This document shows positions 9,495 to 19,788 of a stretch of DNA of 64,000 nt, piece after piece; within the stretch, counting starts at the first letter, position 1, and each line of letters starts with the position of its first letter. The stretch comes from Bacteroidales bacterium (lineage in GTDB: Bacteria; Bacteroidota; Bacteroidia; Bacteroidales; 4484-276). The notes under the pieces were generated by a model that worked only from the letters and a program-made list of their open reading frames with translations, had not been told where the DNA came from and ran no database searches. The stretch covers positions 38,590 through 102,589 of the forward strand of contig DAIRGA010000015.1 of assembly GCA_036794825.1 (NCBI GenBank), in the 5' to 3' direction. The translations under genes were made by a program, and so were the position numbers.

Positions 9495-9801
9495 ACAGAT
9501 TTCTCAACTCATGTTTTGTGCAAATTGGGTTATTATACCGGGAACTTAGTCTGGAATTTTTTCTATGGAACGTTTTTCAACATTTTGGAAGAAAATATTC
9601 TTCTCAGTTTTACTGGTACTGCGTTAAGTTTTCAGCATTAGTGAATGTGAATCTGATTAATTATTAATGAATTATGGATGATTCCTCTGTATGTTATGTT
9701 AAACTTTTTAAAAATCTGATGGCTACAAATTGCTCCAAGCCAATAATTGCTTATTATTGCAATTGTTTTTGGTGAAATGTGGTTAATTACGTCCGAAACC
9801 G

Positions 9802-9809
9802 TATTTTTG
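9802..9809 (+). promoter_or_regulatory. Candidate -7 box TATTTTTG
   Basis: Fits TAnnTTTG. It lies 75 nt upstream of ATG 9884. Confidence 0.35.
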
Positions 9810-9883
9810 CCAACGAGTTTTTATTGTAAAATGCTAATTAACTGATTAGAAATTATTTAATAACTAATTTAAATTCATAAATC

Positions 9884-12800
9884 ATGAGAACCTTTACGAA
9901 GTTGTTTTCTTTGGTGCTGATTTTAACCATTTCAACGACACTATTTGCCCAAAAGAGCGTCAGCAGTTATGTTGGAAATTCAGCTCCAGACAAGATGGAA
10001 ATGATCCGCCAAATCCATGGATCCGGAGTTACAGTTCCAATTTCACCCGAAGGAATTACCAAAGCCACCGGTGACGATTGTACAAGTCCTATTGAAATCA
10101 ATGCCTTGCCATTCAGTGACCTGAATCAAACCACTACTGGCAGGGGCAACAATTACAATGCAACCTGTCTGAATGATTTTGATGGCGGCGAAGACATTAT
10201 CTACAGGCTGGAGGTCACATCACCGGTAACCATCAATGTAAGCCTTGACCCAAAAGGAACACCGAGAACAGGGATTGCTCTATCTGATGGTTGTCCCTTA
10301 TCATCTCTTTGCCTTGCAATGAGCTACGATCTTTATAATGGAGGCGCAGTTGCGCATGGATTCACTGTTTCACTGGAACCTGGTTTTTACTACATTATGG
10401 TGGACACATGGCCAAATCCAACTTCAATTGCAAATTTCGATCTCTCAATCACCCAAACTTCAACTGTCGCCAATGATTTCTGCTCAACAGCAACCGAAGT
10501 CGGCGAAGTTCTGAATCTACCTTTCTCCACTGAATTTGCTACTGATGATCCTTCTGGCGAGACATTCGGACCTGAGGTGTGGTTTGACTATGTTGCAGGC
10601 TTCACCGGAATCGCTGCAATTGATTTGTGTGGAAGTGATTACGATACCTATATGATTGTGTGGGATGGAGCAGCCTGCCCCCCAACTACTATTCTTGACG
10701 ACAACGACGATTACTGTGGTTATGATGGTTTACAATCAAAGGTTTTCATCCCTGTGGTTCAGGGTAATACGTATAAAATCGAAATTGGCGGCTTTGATGG
10801 CGCAACCGGCGAAGGCCTCCTTTCAATTTATGAATACGAAGAATGTACATTGACCTGTCCTCCGGGTGGAATCAGCGAAAATGAGCCTTGCGGCGCCAAC
10901 ACCAATGGTGGTTGCAACATGGCAACTCCGGCATTTACAAACGTAAGCAACGGCAACACCATTTGTGGAAATTTGTGGAGCCAATTTGGAACACGCGATA
11001 CTGACTGGTTCAGGGTGGTTCTCAATTCACCGGGTAGCATTAAGATGACAGCCACAGCCGAGCAGAGCGTAGTTTTCGGTATGGTTGGACAAATTGTTCC
11101 TGGCCTGCCTGGTTGCGACAATACAACTGATTTTCTTACTGTTTACAAAATATTACCTGCCTGCCAGGAAGACTTTGTTTATGTGATTGACTTACCCAAA
11201 GGTACTTACTACATGTTCATTGCTCCTATGAACTACTTCGATCATGTTTGCCCTGGATTCAGCTACCAGGCTTCATTTGAATTTGAAGAGCTGGCCAGCG
11301 GATTTATCAATGGTGCCGTGATCGGAAGTGATAGCGGTCTTCCAATTCAGGGAGTTAAAATGACTGCAGGTGATGCTACTATGCTCACACTGGCACTCGG
11401 CAATTACTCACTGGAAGTTCCGGTTGGAACATACACCGTAGAAGCTGATGGTTATAATGTAGGCTATAACTCCAAAGAGGTTCTGAATGTGGTAGTTACC
11501 GAAAACAATTTTACCACAGTAAACTTTATTCTTGACCCACTTGAGGCTCCCGTGCTTTTAACTGCAGTAGCAGACATTGAGCAGGTCGAGCTGACATGGG
11601 CAGAAATTGGTACAAAGGCCGAAGGAGGTAAAGCTCTAATGGGTGATATTTTCTCGAAAAACGATTATGTGCCTGGCACCGCAATGGATCTCGATTTCAC
11701 AATGGCAATTTACTCCCCGGATTTTGAATGGGGTGTATATGCTGAAATGATATTCCCTGCCCAGTTTATTCCTCTCGCTGCCACTGACCTTAATGGCGTA
11801 GCCGGAGTGATTGACGGTCAAAAAGTTTCATGGACGGGCTTATTCTACGAAAATTCATATCCCGAAGAATTCGACTTTAGTGTTGAAGTTGCCGTATCAG
11901 GTTCAGCGTCTGGGCCACTTGTAATTGAATACTATGTCGAAGGTGATGGCTACGGTCTGGATCCACATTTCTTCAATGGAGCACTCACGGTTTACGAAGA
12001 TGGAGGAGTTTATGAGCCTACTTTTAATGTTTACCGTCGGAAAATCATCCCCGGCACCACTACCTATTTCATCCCGATTGCCTATGGTGTCATTGGAAAT
12101 TATTATTTCGATGAAATTTATCCGGGCGGAGATGAGTGGTGCTATCTTGTAAAGCAGATAATGCCCGATAAAACCGAATCTCCTGCTTCAAATATCCTTT
12201 GTGCAACACCGGTTGTACGTCCAGGGTCATTATGCGAATACGCCATTGACTACGGTGCTGTGAACAGCCCTGCAATTTTCGAATGGCTCGTCCGCGAGGA
12301 TGATGTCCGCTGGTTCGAATTTGATGTTCCTTACACAATGGATGTTGCTGTAACCCTCTCCAATACAAACTTTAATGCTGACGTTACCCTCTTTGCTGAC
12401 TGTGATGGTACGTTGGTCACCAATTCACAATACTGCGGTGGCGATGTGTATGATGTCGAAAAAATATACTCTATGCTGCCCGGTGGTACATATTATGCAA
12501 GAGTTTCAGGCATGGATGATGAGTACGGTGATTTTGAAATATTCATCACCCAGGCTCAGCTACTAACAATCCTTGATGGATGGAGTGGTTTCTCAACCTA
12601 TATGAATCCGGCCGGGAACCTGAATATTGCCAACCAACTGGCCTGCTTCAAAGATGATATGGTTATTACCATTCGTCAGACACCTTATGGTATCTGGTGG
12701 CCATCCCAAAACATTAATACACTCGGGAATATTTCGAGTATGATTGGCTACAAGGCAAAAATGGAAGTTGAAAAAACAACCGTAATCTTTGGAACAGAGA

Positions 12801-13708
12801 ATCCAGACAAGACCGTAGCACTGCCTGCTGGCGCTAGTTACCTCCCTGTAAGGGTGACTGCACCGACATCAACCAGCAGTTTGATCTCTCAGTTAAGTGG
12901 GAAATTGCTCATCCTTTATGACATCCACAACCCGACCGGAATTATCTGGCCTGATGGCGGTCTTTACCTGCTCGATTATCTCGTTCCTGACCGTGCTTAC
13001 CTGATCAATATGTTCGTTGCTTCATCATATACTTACCCGATGCCTTCCATGGCGCCTGCACCAAATGTTACATATCCTCCTGCACCTGCTAAACTGGCTG
13101 TTTGGAATGATGTAACAAATACCGGTCAGCCGCATTTCATCTCCATTCAGAAGGATGCACTGGCCAACCTTGAAACAGGTGATTTCATTGGTATTTTCAA
13201 CGCTCAGAACCAGTGTGTCGGGATGACTGAATTTGCAACCAAAGAAAGCAATCTCTTTATCCCCGCTTTTGGCGATGATGAAACCAGCGAAGCTATTGAT
13301 GGTTTGGCAGCTGGCGAAAGAATGATCTTCAAAATTTACAGGCCATCCAACGGTTATACATATGAGCTTGATGTTACCTACAGTGAGGAAATGCCTAATT
13401 CAGACGGCCTCTTCGAAGTTCACGGCATGTCAATGATTGTTGACCTTAAAGTAGGCTCAACCTCTATTTCAGATGGACAGTTGAGCTCGGTTGCTATCTA
13501 TCCTAACCCGACTACCGGCTTATTGACAATTACAGGAATTGATGGTCAATTCGATGTAACCGTTACCAACGTTCAGGGACAGCAAATCCTTCGTTCAGCG
13601 GTTACAGGCCAGGCTACACTCGATTTGTCAAACCAGCCAAAAGGAATTTACTTCGTCAGACTGACCAGCGACAACTCATCACTTATCGAAAAAGTAGTTA
13701 TTAAATAA
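9884..13708 (+). CDS. Large secreted protein with pre-peptidase-C-terminal-like and carboxypeptidase-regulatory-like domains and a T9SS C-terminal sorting domain
   Basis: Has a signal peptide (MRTFTKLFSLVLILTISTTLFAQ). The C-terminus VAIYPNPTTGLLTITG...GIYFVRLTSDNSSLIEKVVIK is a T9SS CTD. No catalytic domain was recognised. Confidence 0.75.
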   Translation: MRTFTKLFSLVLILTISTTLFAQKSVSSYVGNSAPDKMEMIRQIHGSGVTVPISPEGITKATGDDCTSPIEINALPFSDLNQTTTGRGNNYNATCLNDFDGGEDIIYRLEVTSPVTINVSLDPKGTPRTGIALSDGCPLSSLCLAMSYDLYNGGAVAHGFTVSLEPGFYYIMVDTWPNPTSIANFDLSITQTSTVANDFCSTATEVGEVLNLPFSTEFATDDPSGETFGPEVWFDYVAGFTGIAAIDLCGSDYDTYMIVWDGAACPPTTILDDNDDYCGYDGLQSKVFIPVVQGNTYKIEIGGFDGATGEGLLSIYEYEECTLTCPPGGISENEPCGANTNGGCNMATPAFTNVSNGNTICGNLWSQFGTRDTDWFRVVLNSPGSIKMTATAEQSVVFGMVGQIVPGLPGCDNTTDFLTVYKILPACQEDFVYVIDLPKGTYYMFIAPMNYFDHVCPGFSYQASFEFEELASGFINGAVIGSDSGLPIQGVKMTAGDATMLTLALGNYSLEVPVGTYTVEADGYNVGYNSKEVLNVVVTENNFTTVNFILDPLEAPVLLTAVADIEQVELTWAEIGTKAEGGKALMGDIFSKNDYVPGTAMDLDFTMAIYSPDFEWGVYAEMIFPAQFIPLAATDLNGVAGVIDGQKVSWTGLFYENSYPEEFDFSVEVAVSGSASGPLVIEYYVEGDGYGLDPHFFNGALTVYEDGGVYEPTFNVYRRKIIPGTTTYFIPIAYGVIGNYYFDEIYPGGDEWCYLVKQIMPDKTESPASNILCATPVVRPGSLCEYAIDYGAVNSPAIFEWLVREDDVRWFEFDVPYTMDVAVTLSNTNFNADVTLFADCDGTLVTNSQYCGGDVYDVEKIYSMLPGGTYYARVSGMDDEYGDFEIFITQAQLLTILDGWSGFSTYMNPAGNLNIANQLACFKDDMVITIRQTPYGIWWPSQNINTLGNISSMIGYKAKMEVEKTTVIFGTENPDKTVALPAGASYLPVRVTAPTSTSSLISQLSGKLLILYDIHNPTGIIWPDGGLYLLDYLVPDRAYLINMFVASSYTYPMPSMAPAPNVTYPPAPAKLAVWNDVTNTGQPHFISIQKDALANLETGDFIGIFNAQNQCVGMTEFATKESNLFIPAFGDDETSEAIDGLAAGERMIFKIYRPSNGYTYELDVTYSEEMPNSDGLFEVHGMSMIVDLKVGSTSISDGQLSSVAIYPNPTTGLLTITGIDGQFDVTVTNVQGQQILRSAVTGQATLDLSNQPKGIYFVRLTSDNSSLIEKVVIK

Positions 13709-13735
13709 TTTTTCCGGTTAAAACCGGTTTAAAAA

Positions 13736-13768
13736 CCTGCCCGCATCCAATTGGGCAGGTTTTTTTTT
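13736..13768 (+). terminator. Intrinsic terminator after the second T9SS cargo gene
   Basis: Stem cctgccc (13736-13742) pairs with gggcagg (13753-13759). A 10-nt loop separates them and a T9 run follows at 13760-13768. Confidence 0.75.
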
Positions 13769-13792
13769 GAATCTTTTTTAATATGATACGCC

Positions 13793-14494
13793 ATGCACCT
13801 GTTTTTCTCGAGAGAGATTTCACATCCGGAGTTTACCTTTAACCCTGAAGAATCAAGGCACATCGCCAAAGTGTTGAGGCTACGTATAGGGGAAAAGGTT
13901 CACATTACCGATGGCAAAGGAAATCTGCACAGCGGAAACATCATTGATGACAACATCCGGCAATGCACCGTCCGGATAGAGTCCACTATCACAGTAGCAA
14001 AAAGTCCTTACCATCTTCACCTTGCTGTTGCGCCGACAAAAAACCTTTCGCGCATCGAATGGTTTGTGGAAAAAGCTGTCGAATCGGGAATAAGTGAGAT
14101 AACTCCAATGTTGTGCCAGCATTCTGAGAGGATTCATTTCAAAAGCGAAAGGCTTGAAAAAATTGCCATAGCAGCTATCAAACAATCTCAGCAAGCCTGG
14201 TTACCCAAAATCAACGAACCGGCCAATTTCGGTCAGGTGGTGAAAAATACCAGACCAGGTGAGGGTTTTATTGCCTATATTGACGAAAACTCCGAACTTT
14301 CGCTGTTGAAATCGGTTTATAAGCAAGGAACTGATGCTACGGTGCTTATCGGACCTGAAGGCGATTTTTCCAACTCCGAAATTACGACTGCGATCAAGGC
14401 CGGATTTATTCCAATAAGTCTGGGGAAAAATCGTTTAAGAACCGAAACTGCCGCATTGGTGGCTTGTATCACCATCAACTTTATCAATCAATAG
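13793..14494 (+). CDS. rsmE: 16S rRNA (uracil1498-N3)-methyltransferase
   Basis: N-terminal EESRHIAKVLRLRIGEKV and C-terminal GPEGDFS...LGKNRLRTETAAL blocks are typical of RsmE. Confidence 0.85.
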   Translation: MHLFFSREISHPEFTFNPEESRHIAKVLRLRIGEKVHITDGKGNLHSGNIIDDNIRQCTVRIESTITVAKSPYHLHLAVAPTKNLSRIEWFVEKAVESGISEITPMLCQHSERIHFKSERLEKIAIAAIKQSQQAWLPKINEPANFGQVVKNTRPGEGFIAYIDENSELSLLKSVYKQGTDATVLIGPEGDFSNSEITTAIKAGFIPISLGKNRLRTETAALVACITINFINQ

Positions 14495-14503
14495 AATCAG
14501 ACA

Positions 14504-15163
14504 ATGCTCAAAAAGATATCCTTCATTATTCTGTTATCTTTTGGATTTCTGTCGGCATCGCCCCCTGCCGGACCAGTTCAGATTGCTTTGCTGAAATACC
14601 GCGGTGGCGGCGACTGGTACGCGAATCCAACATCGCTGCCCAACCTGATAGAATTCTGTAACCGGAATCTTGGTACCAACATTAATACGCAGCCAGCTAC
14701 TGTGGAAGTGGGCAGCCCCGACATTTTCAATTATCCCTTTATACACATGACGGGCCATGGAAATGTACTCTTTTCGCCGCAGGAAGCCAAGAACCTCCGT
14801 GAATACCTGATTGCAGGCGGATTTCTTCATGCTGACGATAACTATGGAATGGATAAATACCTCAGGCCTCAGCTTCAAAAGGTCTTCCCTGAACTTGAAC
14901 TGGTTGAGATTCCGTTTTCGCACCCGATCTACCATCAAAAATACAAATTCAGCGATGGCATCCCCAAAATCCATGAGCATGACGGTAAACCGCCGCAGGG
15001 CTTTGGAATGTTCTGGGAAGGCAGGATGGTAGTTTTTTATTCATACGAAACCGATCTTGGCGATGGATGGGAAGATCAGCGGGTGCACGGAAATTCTGAA
15101 GAAACACGCATTAAAGCTCTTCAGATGGGCGCCAATATCATTCAATATGTTTTTTCTAGATGA
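14504..15163 (+). CDS. DUF4159-like secreted protein
   Basis: Has a signal peptide. The LKYRGGGDWYANPTSLPNL block and the ~220 aa size match the DUF4159 family as I remember it. Confidence 0.55.
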   Translation: MLKKISFIILLSFGFLSASPPAGPVQIALLKYRGGGDWYANPTSLPNLIEFCNRNLGTNINTQPATVEVGSPDIFNYPFIHMTGHGNVLFSPQEAKNLREYLIAGGFLHADDNYGMDKYLRPQLQKVFPELELVEIPFSHPIYHQKYKFSDGIPKIHEHDGKPPQGFGMFWEGRMVVFYSYETDLGDGWEDQRVHGNSEETRIKALQMGANIIQYVFSR

Positions 15164-15192
15164 TTTTTATATAACAAGCAAATTAAAAAAAA

Positions 15193-15231
15193 ACCTCTGT
15201 TTGTCTTGCAATCAGAGGGTTTTTCTTTTTT
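15193..15231. terminator. Candidate bidirectional terminator between convergent genes
   Basis: 6-bp stem cctctg/cagagg with a 13-nt loop. An A-run lies upstream and a T-rich run downstream, so it could serve both strands. Confidence 0.45.
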
Positions 15232-15246
15232 AATCCTTTACCGCGC

Positions 15247-15942
15247 TTACCAGCTTCCCATTCTTTTGGCCAAATCTTCACGGGTAACAATTTCATAATC
15301 TGCAGGAACCTCGAATTCGGCACCTTTGATTTTCATGCCGGCAACTTCAACAGCCGTAAAACTCATTTTCATGTTGTTACCGGCATCCATACCATACTCC
15401 ATCATCAAACCTTTAATCTCGTTGAACTGCGGATTGTTGAAGTTGAAATTTTCATGCAATTTTAGTGCGCCGGTAAACCAGGCTTCACCTGCTTCTTCAG
15501 ATTCCCCTTCACCGGTGATCTTTTTCAAAAGTGCCTTCTGGCAGGTGTATCCGGCAATTTCTTTTGTCTCATCCGTAATTTCAATCGAATATTCACCGGA
15601 TGAAGCCATCAGGGACATCAATTCTTCAAAAGTGTCTTTTATCGCCAGTTTCTGCCCCATCACGTTCATGAGGGTGATGTGGGTTTTCTCGTCCAAATCA
15701 ATGATGGTACTTTGGTTTCCCATCACCGTAATGATTTCAGTTTTTACCTTTTCGCTTCCGATGTACATGGCCATCGTGGTGGGCATCATGCTTTTGGCTT
15801 CCTCAGGTAGGCCGGCCATATCGAAATCAATTTTGTAAGTAACTTTTCCGGTAAATGCTTTTTTTTGAGCTGACAACACGGCTGGCATCAAAATAATAGC
15901 GGCCAACAGTGTAAAAGCGCAGAGTTTTTTCATGTTGTTCAT
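15247..15942 (-). CDS. Secreted hypothetical protein
   Basis: 231-aa ORF with a signal peptide (MKKLCAFTLLAAIILMPAVLSAQ). No family confidently recognised. Confidence 0.6.
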   Translation of the reverse strand: MNNMKKLCAFTLLAAIILMPAVLSAQKKAFTGKVTYKIDFDMAGLPEEAKSMMPTTMAMYIGSEKVKTEIITVMGNQSTIIDLDEKTHITLMNVMGQKLAIKDTFEELMSLMASSGEYSIEITDETKEIAGYTCQKALLKKITGEGESEEAGEAWFTGALKLHENFNFNNPQFNEIKGLMMEYGMDAGNNMKMSFTAVEVAGMKIKGAEFEVPADYEIVTREDLAKRMGSW

Positions 15943-15948
15943 TGATGT

Positions 15949-17499
15949 TTAAATTACTCTCATACATTTGTTCCAGCGGATTTTTCCGGAGAACCATCCT
16001 TTGTTTTTATCCAGCGAAAGCCATACAAAAACTGCTTTTCCAACAACATGGTCGTGTGGTACAAATCCCCAGAACCTCGAATCGGCTGAATTATCCCGGT
16101 TGTCGCCCATCAGCCAGTAATAATCCTGCTTGAATGTGTAAGTGGTGGCTTCGCTTCCGTTGATGATAATTTTACCATCCCTCTCTTCCAGGGTATTGTT
16201 GTCATAAATCTTGATCAATTTGCGGTAAAGGGCGATGTTCTGCGTAGTAATAGCGACAGTTGATCCGGCTTTGGGTATTACCAGCGGCCCAAAATTGTCT
16301 TCGTTCCATGCAAAATTCTGCGGATCGTGAGGGAAAATAGGCGGATAATTATCGCCTCTTGGTCTAATCTCAAGATCAATGCTACGGATTCTTGGATTGT
16401 TTTTCAGTTTTTCAACCTTTTCAGCAGTCAGAGGTAAAATGATTCTGCTTGGCGACATGGCTCTTCCTTCGGTAATATCAAGCTCATCCATAATCTTTTG
16501 CAGTTCAAACTGGGTGAACCCTTGTCCGGTAGCCGTTACCATGTAGTTGAACTGCAGGTTTTCGGGCATAAAAGCCTCTTTGCCATTGATAAACACCACT
16601 TTATTCCTGATTTCGAGTGTGTCGCCCGGCATCGCCATACAACGTTTAATGTAATTTTCTCGCTTGTCGGGAGGCCGTGCAGTAACATTGTATTTCGACC
16701 AGACCCATGAACGACCCATTCCGGGTTCATACCTGTCGCCATACTGCTGCACAAAACTGCTCTCGGTATCGCGGACGATCTGGTAATAATCCTCATTCTG
16801 CCTTTCCAGCACAACAGTATCACCGCTTGGATAGTTGAAAACCACTGCGTCATAAAGGTTAACTTTTCCAAAACCCGGAAATCGGTAGTAGGGTAGCTTG
16901 ACCCATTCAACATACGATTTGGAGCCGGTTACCGGCATCGAATGGTGGACAAACGGGAACGCGACCGGGGTGTTAGGAACTTTTGGCCCGTAGGCCATTT
17001 TGCTCACAAAAAGAAAATCACCAACAAGCAGCGATTTTTCCATTGATGAAGTGGGGATGGTATAGGCTTCGAGCAGAAAGGTACGGATGATGGTTGCGGC
17101 AACCACAGCAAAAATGATAGCATCAACCCACTCGCGAACCGGCGACTTTTTGAATTTTGGCCGATTGGCCTGTTTGACGTATTTCTCCTTGATATTTGAG
17201 CCCAGGTAGGGTAGATAAACGAAAGGAACAACAACGGCAAGCGCCTGTTGACCCAGGGTGTTTTTCCCGAAGGCTTTGGCGGTTTCCACGATCATCAGGA
17301 AAACCATGAAAATGTTTATAAAAGGTACAAAGAGCAAGATGAACCACCACGCAGGTTTCTCGTTCAGTTTGTTCCACTCCCAGTAGTTCAGCATCGGAAC
17401 AAATACCTTCCGGGAATCAAGGCCGGCTTTTGGAAAGATTTTAATCAGCAAAACCGGAAAAAAAAGAAAGATCAGAAGCAGGATAAAAAGTGTACTCAT
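15949..17499 (-). CDS. lepB: Signal peptidase I (S26) with a long N-terminal membrane domain
   Basis: Catalytic-Ser box IPTSSMEKSLLVGDFLFVSK and box E GDNRDNSADSRFWGFVP. The ~510 aa long form is typical of Bacteroidota. Confidence 0.9.
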   Translation of the reverse strand: MSTLFILLLIFLFFPVLLIKIFPKAGLDSRKVFVPMLNYWEWNKLNEKPAWWFILLFVPFINIFMVFLMIVETAKAFGKNTLGQQALAVVVPFVYLPYLGSNIKEKYVKQANRPKFKKSPVREWVDAIIFAVVAATIIRTFLLEAYTIPTSSMEKSLLVGDFLFVSKMAYGPKVPNTPVAFPFVHHSMPVTGSKSYVEWVKLPYYRFPGFGKVNLYDAVVFNYPSGDTVVLERQNEDYYQIVRDTESSFVQQYGDRYEPGMGRSWVWSKYNVTARPPDKRENYIKRCMAMPGDTLEIRNKVVFINGKEAFMPENLQFNYMVTATGQGFTQFELQKIMDELDITEGRAMSPSRIILPLTAEKVEKLKNNPRIRSIDLEIRPRGDNYPPIFPHDPQNFAWNEDNFGPLVIPKAGSTVAITTQNIALYRKLIKIYDNNTLEERDGKIIINGSEATTYTFKQDYYWLMGDNRDNSADSRFWGFVPHDHVVGKAVFVWLSLDKNKGWFSGKIRWNKCMRVI

Positions 17500-17520
17500 C
17501 TTACAGATTGTTGAATTTGA

Positions 17521-18276
17521 CTATAATAAACTCTGTTTGGTGATTTTTGTTATTTCGAAGCGATCGTGCATCAGGTCGGTCATCGTGAAGAAGCCTTTGC
17601 GGCCGTGCACCCACTCAGCAGCCAGCAGGGCGCCACCGGCAAAACCAAACCGGCTCCTGGCAGTGTGGGTTATCTCAATTTCATCAATATCAGAAAAATA
17701 GCGAATGATATGCGTTCCGGGGACTTCGCCGGTTCTTTCCGAAATTACCGCCAGTTCCTCTTCGACGCTGGTTGTATGGTTCACCCATTTTCTCTTACGA
17801 TCAATAATCCTGACCAGGTCGTTGGCAAGCAGTTTTGCCGTTCCGCTGGGTGCATCAAGCTTGTGGATGTGATGGATTTCTTTAACCTCGCTGTCATATT
17901 CAGTTAGAGCATTCATCATCCCGGCAAGATAGCGGTTCAGGAAAAAGAAAATGTTGACGCCAATGCTGAAGTTGGGTGCGGTGAACAAAGTGTTGCCCGA
18001 TGCATTGCACTCATCTTTGATGATCTCAAGATCATTGTCCCAGCCTGTAGTGCCGCAAACTACCGGGATTTTCAGGCCGAAACAACGGCGGATATTAGCT
18101 ACAGCCGACGATGGCGTAGAAAAATCAATAACCACATCAGCCTGTGAAATAATCACATGATAGTCGTTCCAATCACTATTGGTGTCAATGGTGGCGATAA
18201 TTTGATGCCCATGTTCTGAAGCGATGGTTGCGATGGCTTTACCCATTTTCCCGTAGCCTGATAGCGCCAGTTTCAT
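17521..18276 (-). CDS. dapB: 4-hydroxy-tetrahydrodipicolinate reductase
   Basis: N-terminal GYGKMGKAI Rossmann motif and the signature EIHHIHKLDAPSGTA. Confidence 0.9.
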   Translation of the reverse strand: MKLALSGYGKMGKAIATIASEHGHQIIATIDTNSDWNDYHVIISQADVVIDFSTPSSAVANIRRCFGLKIPVVCGTTGWDNDLEIIKDECNASGNTLFTAPNFSIGVNIFFFLNRYLAGMMNALTEYDSEVKEIHHIHKLDAPSGTAKLLANDLVRIIDRKRKWVNHTTSVEEELAVISERTGEVPGTHIIRYFSDIDEIEITHTARSRFGFAGGALLAAEWVHGRKGFFTMTDLMHDRFEITKITKQSLL

Positions 18277-18281
18277 GTTTT

Positions 18282-18872
18282 TTACAATTTTAGTTTGATA
18301 GATATTCCGGGTGTGGGTCGGTAGGCGAAATTGGGTTGGTTGCTCAGCGAAGGTTCAATGCGCATGCTTAGATCCTCACTGATGTCAAAATCATAAAGAT
18401 GCGCATCAACGGAAGCATCAATGATGTTGAGGATGTACAAAACGCCGGTCAGGATATAGGTCAGCTCAAGGTTGCGCCGGTAATAGTTTCGTCCCTCCCT
18501 CAACTGGTCGAGGTTGGCATTGTAACGCACAACATATGCGTTATTGAAATACTCAGCCGTGTCGCCTGCATACACAATATTGTAAGCTTCCTTGAATTCG
18601 CGATATTCCGAACCGTTTACGCTAATGAAATAAAAGAGAGTACCGAACCCGGCATAAATTATAGGGATTTTCCAGTACTTTTTATTGTAAGCCTGTCCGA
18701 GTCCGGGTAAAACAGCCGAGTAGATGCTGGCTTTTTTTGGCGAATGCACCTTCATCGGTTCAGCTAAATCGGAGGAATCCTGACTCTGACCGGACATTTG
18801 TACCGAAACTATTGTCAGCAATAGTATCAGTGTCAATCTGGTAATCCCGTTTATGACCCGTGAGTGTTTCAA
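18282..18872 (-). CDS. DUF5683-like membrane/secreted protein
   Basis: The SAVLPGLGQAYNKKYWKIPIIYAGFG block and the position between dapB and parB are conserved in Bacteroidota. Confidence 0.6.
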   Translation of the reverse strand: MKHSRVINGITRLTLILLLTIVSVQMSGQSQDSSDLAEPMKVHSPKKASIYSAVLPGLGQAYNKKYWKIPIIYAGFGTLFYFISVNGSEYREFKEAYNIVYAGDTAEYFNNAYVVRYNANLDQLREGRNYYRRNLELTYILTGVLYILNIIDASVDAHLYDFDISEDLSMRIEPSLSNQPNFAYRPTPGISIKLKL

Positions 18873-18905
18873 GCAATCACAATTTATTGATGAGCAGACA
18901 TTGAA

Positions 18906-19787
18906 CTATCTGGCGAGGTAGGAGGCTATTCTGTCGAACTCTTCTTCCGAAGAAAAACTGATAACGATGGTTCCCTTTCCTTTGGTATTTTTCTTCAGAA
19001 CCACCGGGGTCTTTAGCTCAGCCGAGATCGTAGTGCTAAAGTTGAGAAATTTTTCAGGTAAAGCTGACGGGCGTTTTTTTACTTTCACTTTCCGGGCAAT
19101 CTTTACCTTTTGCTCGATGTCGCGTACCGAAAGCTCATTGTGCAGTATGTCGGCAAGTAATTTCAACTGATCGTCCCGCTCTTCGAGGCTGATGATAGTG
19201 CGGGCATGACTCATGGTGATGTGATTGTCGCGCAGCGCAACCTGAACTTCAGCCGGGAGTTTCAGCAAACGGATGTAATTTGATATCGTAGATCGTTGCT
19301 TGCCAACCCTTTTGCTCAACTCTTCCTGGGTTAAGTTGCACTCCTCGAGCAACCGCTGATAGCTGATTCCGATTTCGATGGCGTTAAGATCCTGGCGGTG
19401 AATATTTTCGATCAGCGCCAGTTCGAGCATCTCCTCATCGTTGGCCACTCTTATGTAACATGGTACTTCGGTGAGTCCGGCAATTTTTGAAGCACGGTAG
19501 CGGCGCTCGCCCGAGATAATCTGGTACTTGTCGTAGCCAAGTTTTCGAACGGTAATGGGCTGGATAATTCCCTGTTCACGTATGGAATCGGCCAGTTCGT
19601 TTAGCGTTTCTTCGTCGAATTGGTTGCGGGGCTGGAAAGGATTGGTTTCGATTTTTTCGATGGCAATATCAGCGATGGCGCCAACAACGTAGTTTCCGGA
19701 AATATCTTTGGAGGTGATATCTGTTTCGGGGCTTTGCAAAATGGCCTCAAGTCCCCTTCCCAGCGAGCCTTTTCTTGGTTTATTCAT
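18906..19787 (-). CDS. parB: Chromosome partitioning protein ParB
   Basis: GLGRGLEAIL, IQPITVRK and ISGERRYRASKIAGL motifs. Confidence 0.92.
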   Translation of the reverse strand: MNKPRKGSLGRGLEAILQSPETDITSKDISGNYVVGAIADIAIEKIETNPFQPRNQFDEETLNELADSIREQGIIQPITVRKLGYDKYQIISGERRYRASKIAGLTEVPCYIRVANDEEMLELALIENIHRQDLNAIEIGISYQRLLEECNLTQEELSKRVGKQRSTISNYIRLLKLPAEVQVALRDNHITMSHARTIISLEERDDQLKLLADILHNELSVRDIEQKVKIARKVKVKKRPSALPEKFLNFSTTISAELKTPVVLKKNTKGKGTIVISFSSEEEFDRIASYLAR

Positions 19788-19788
19788 G

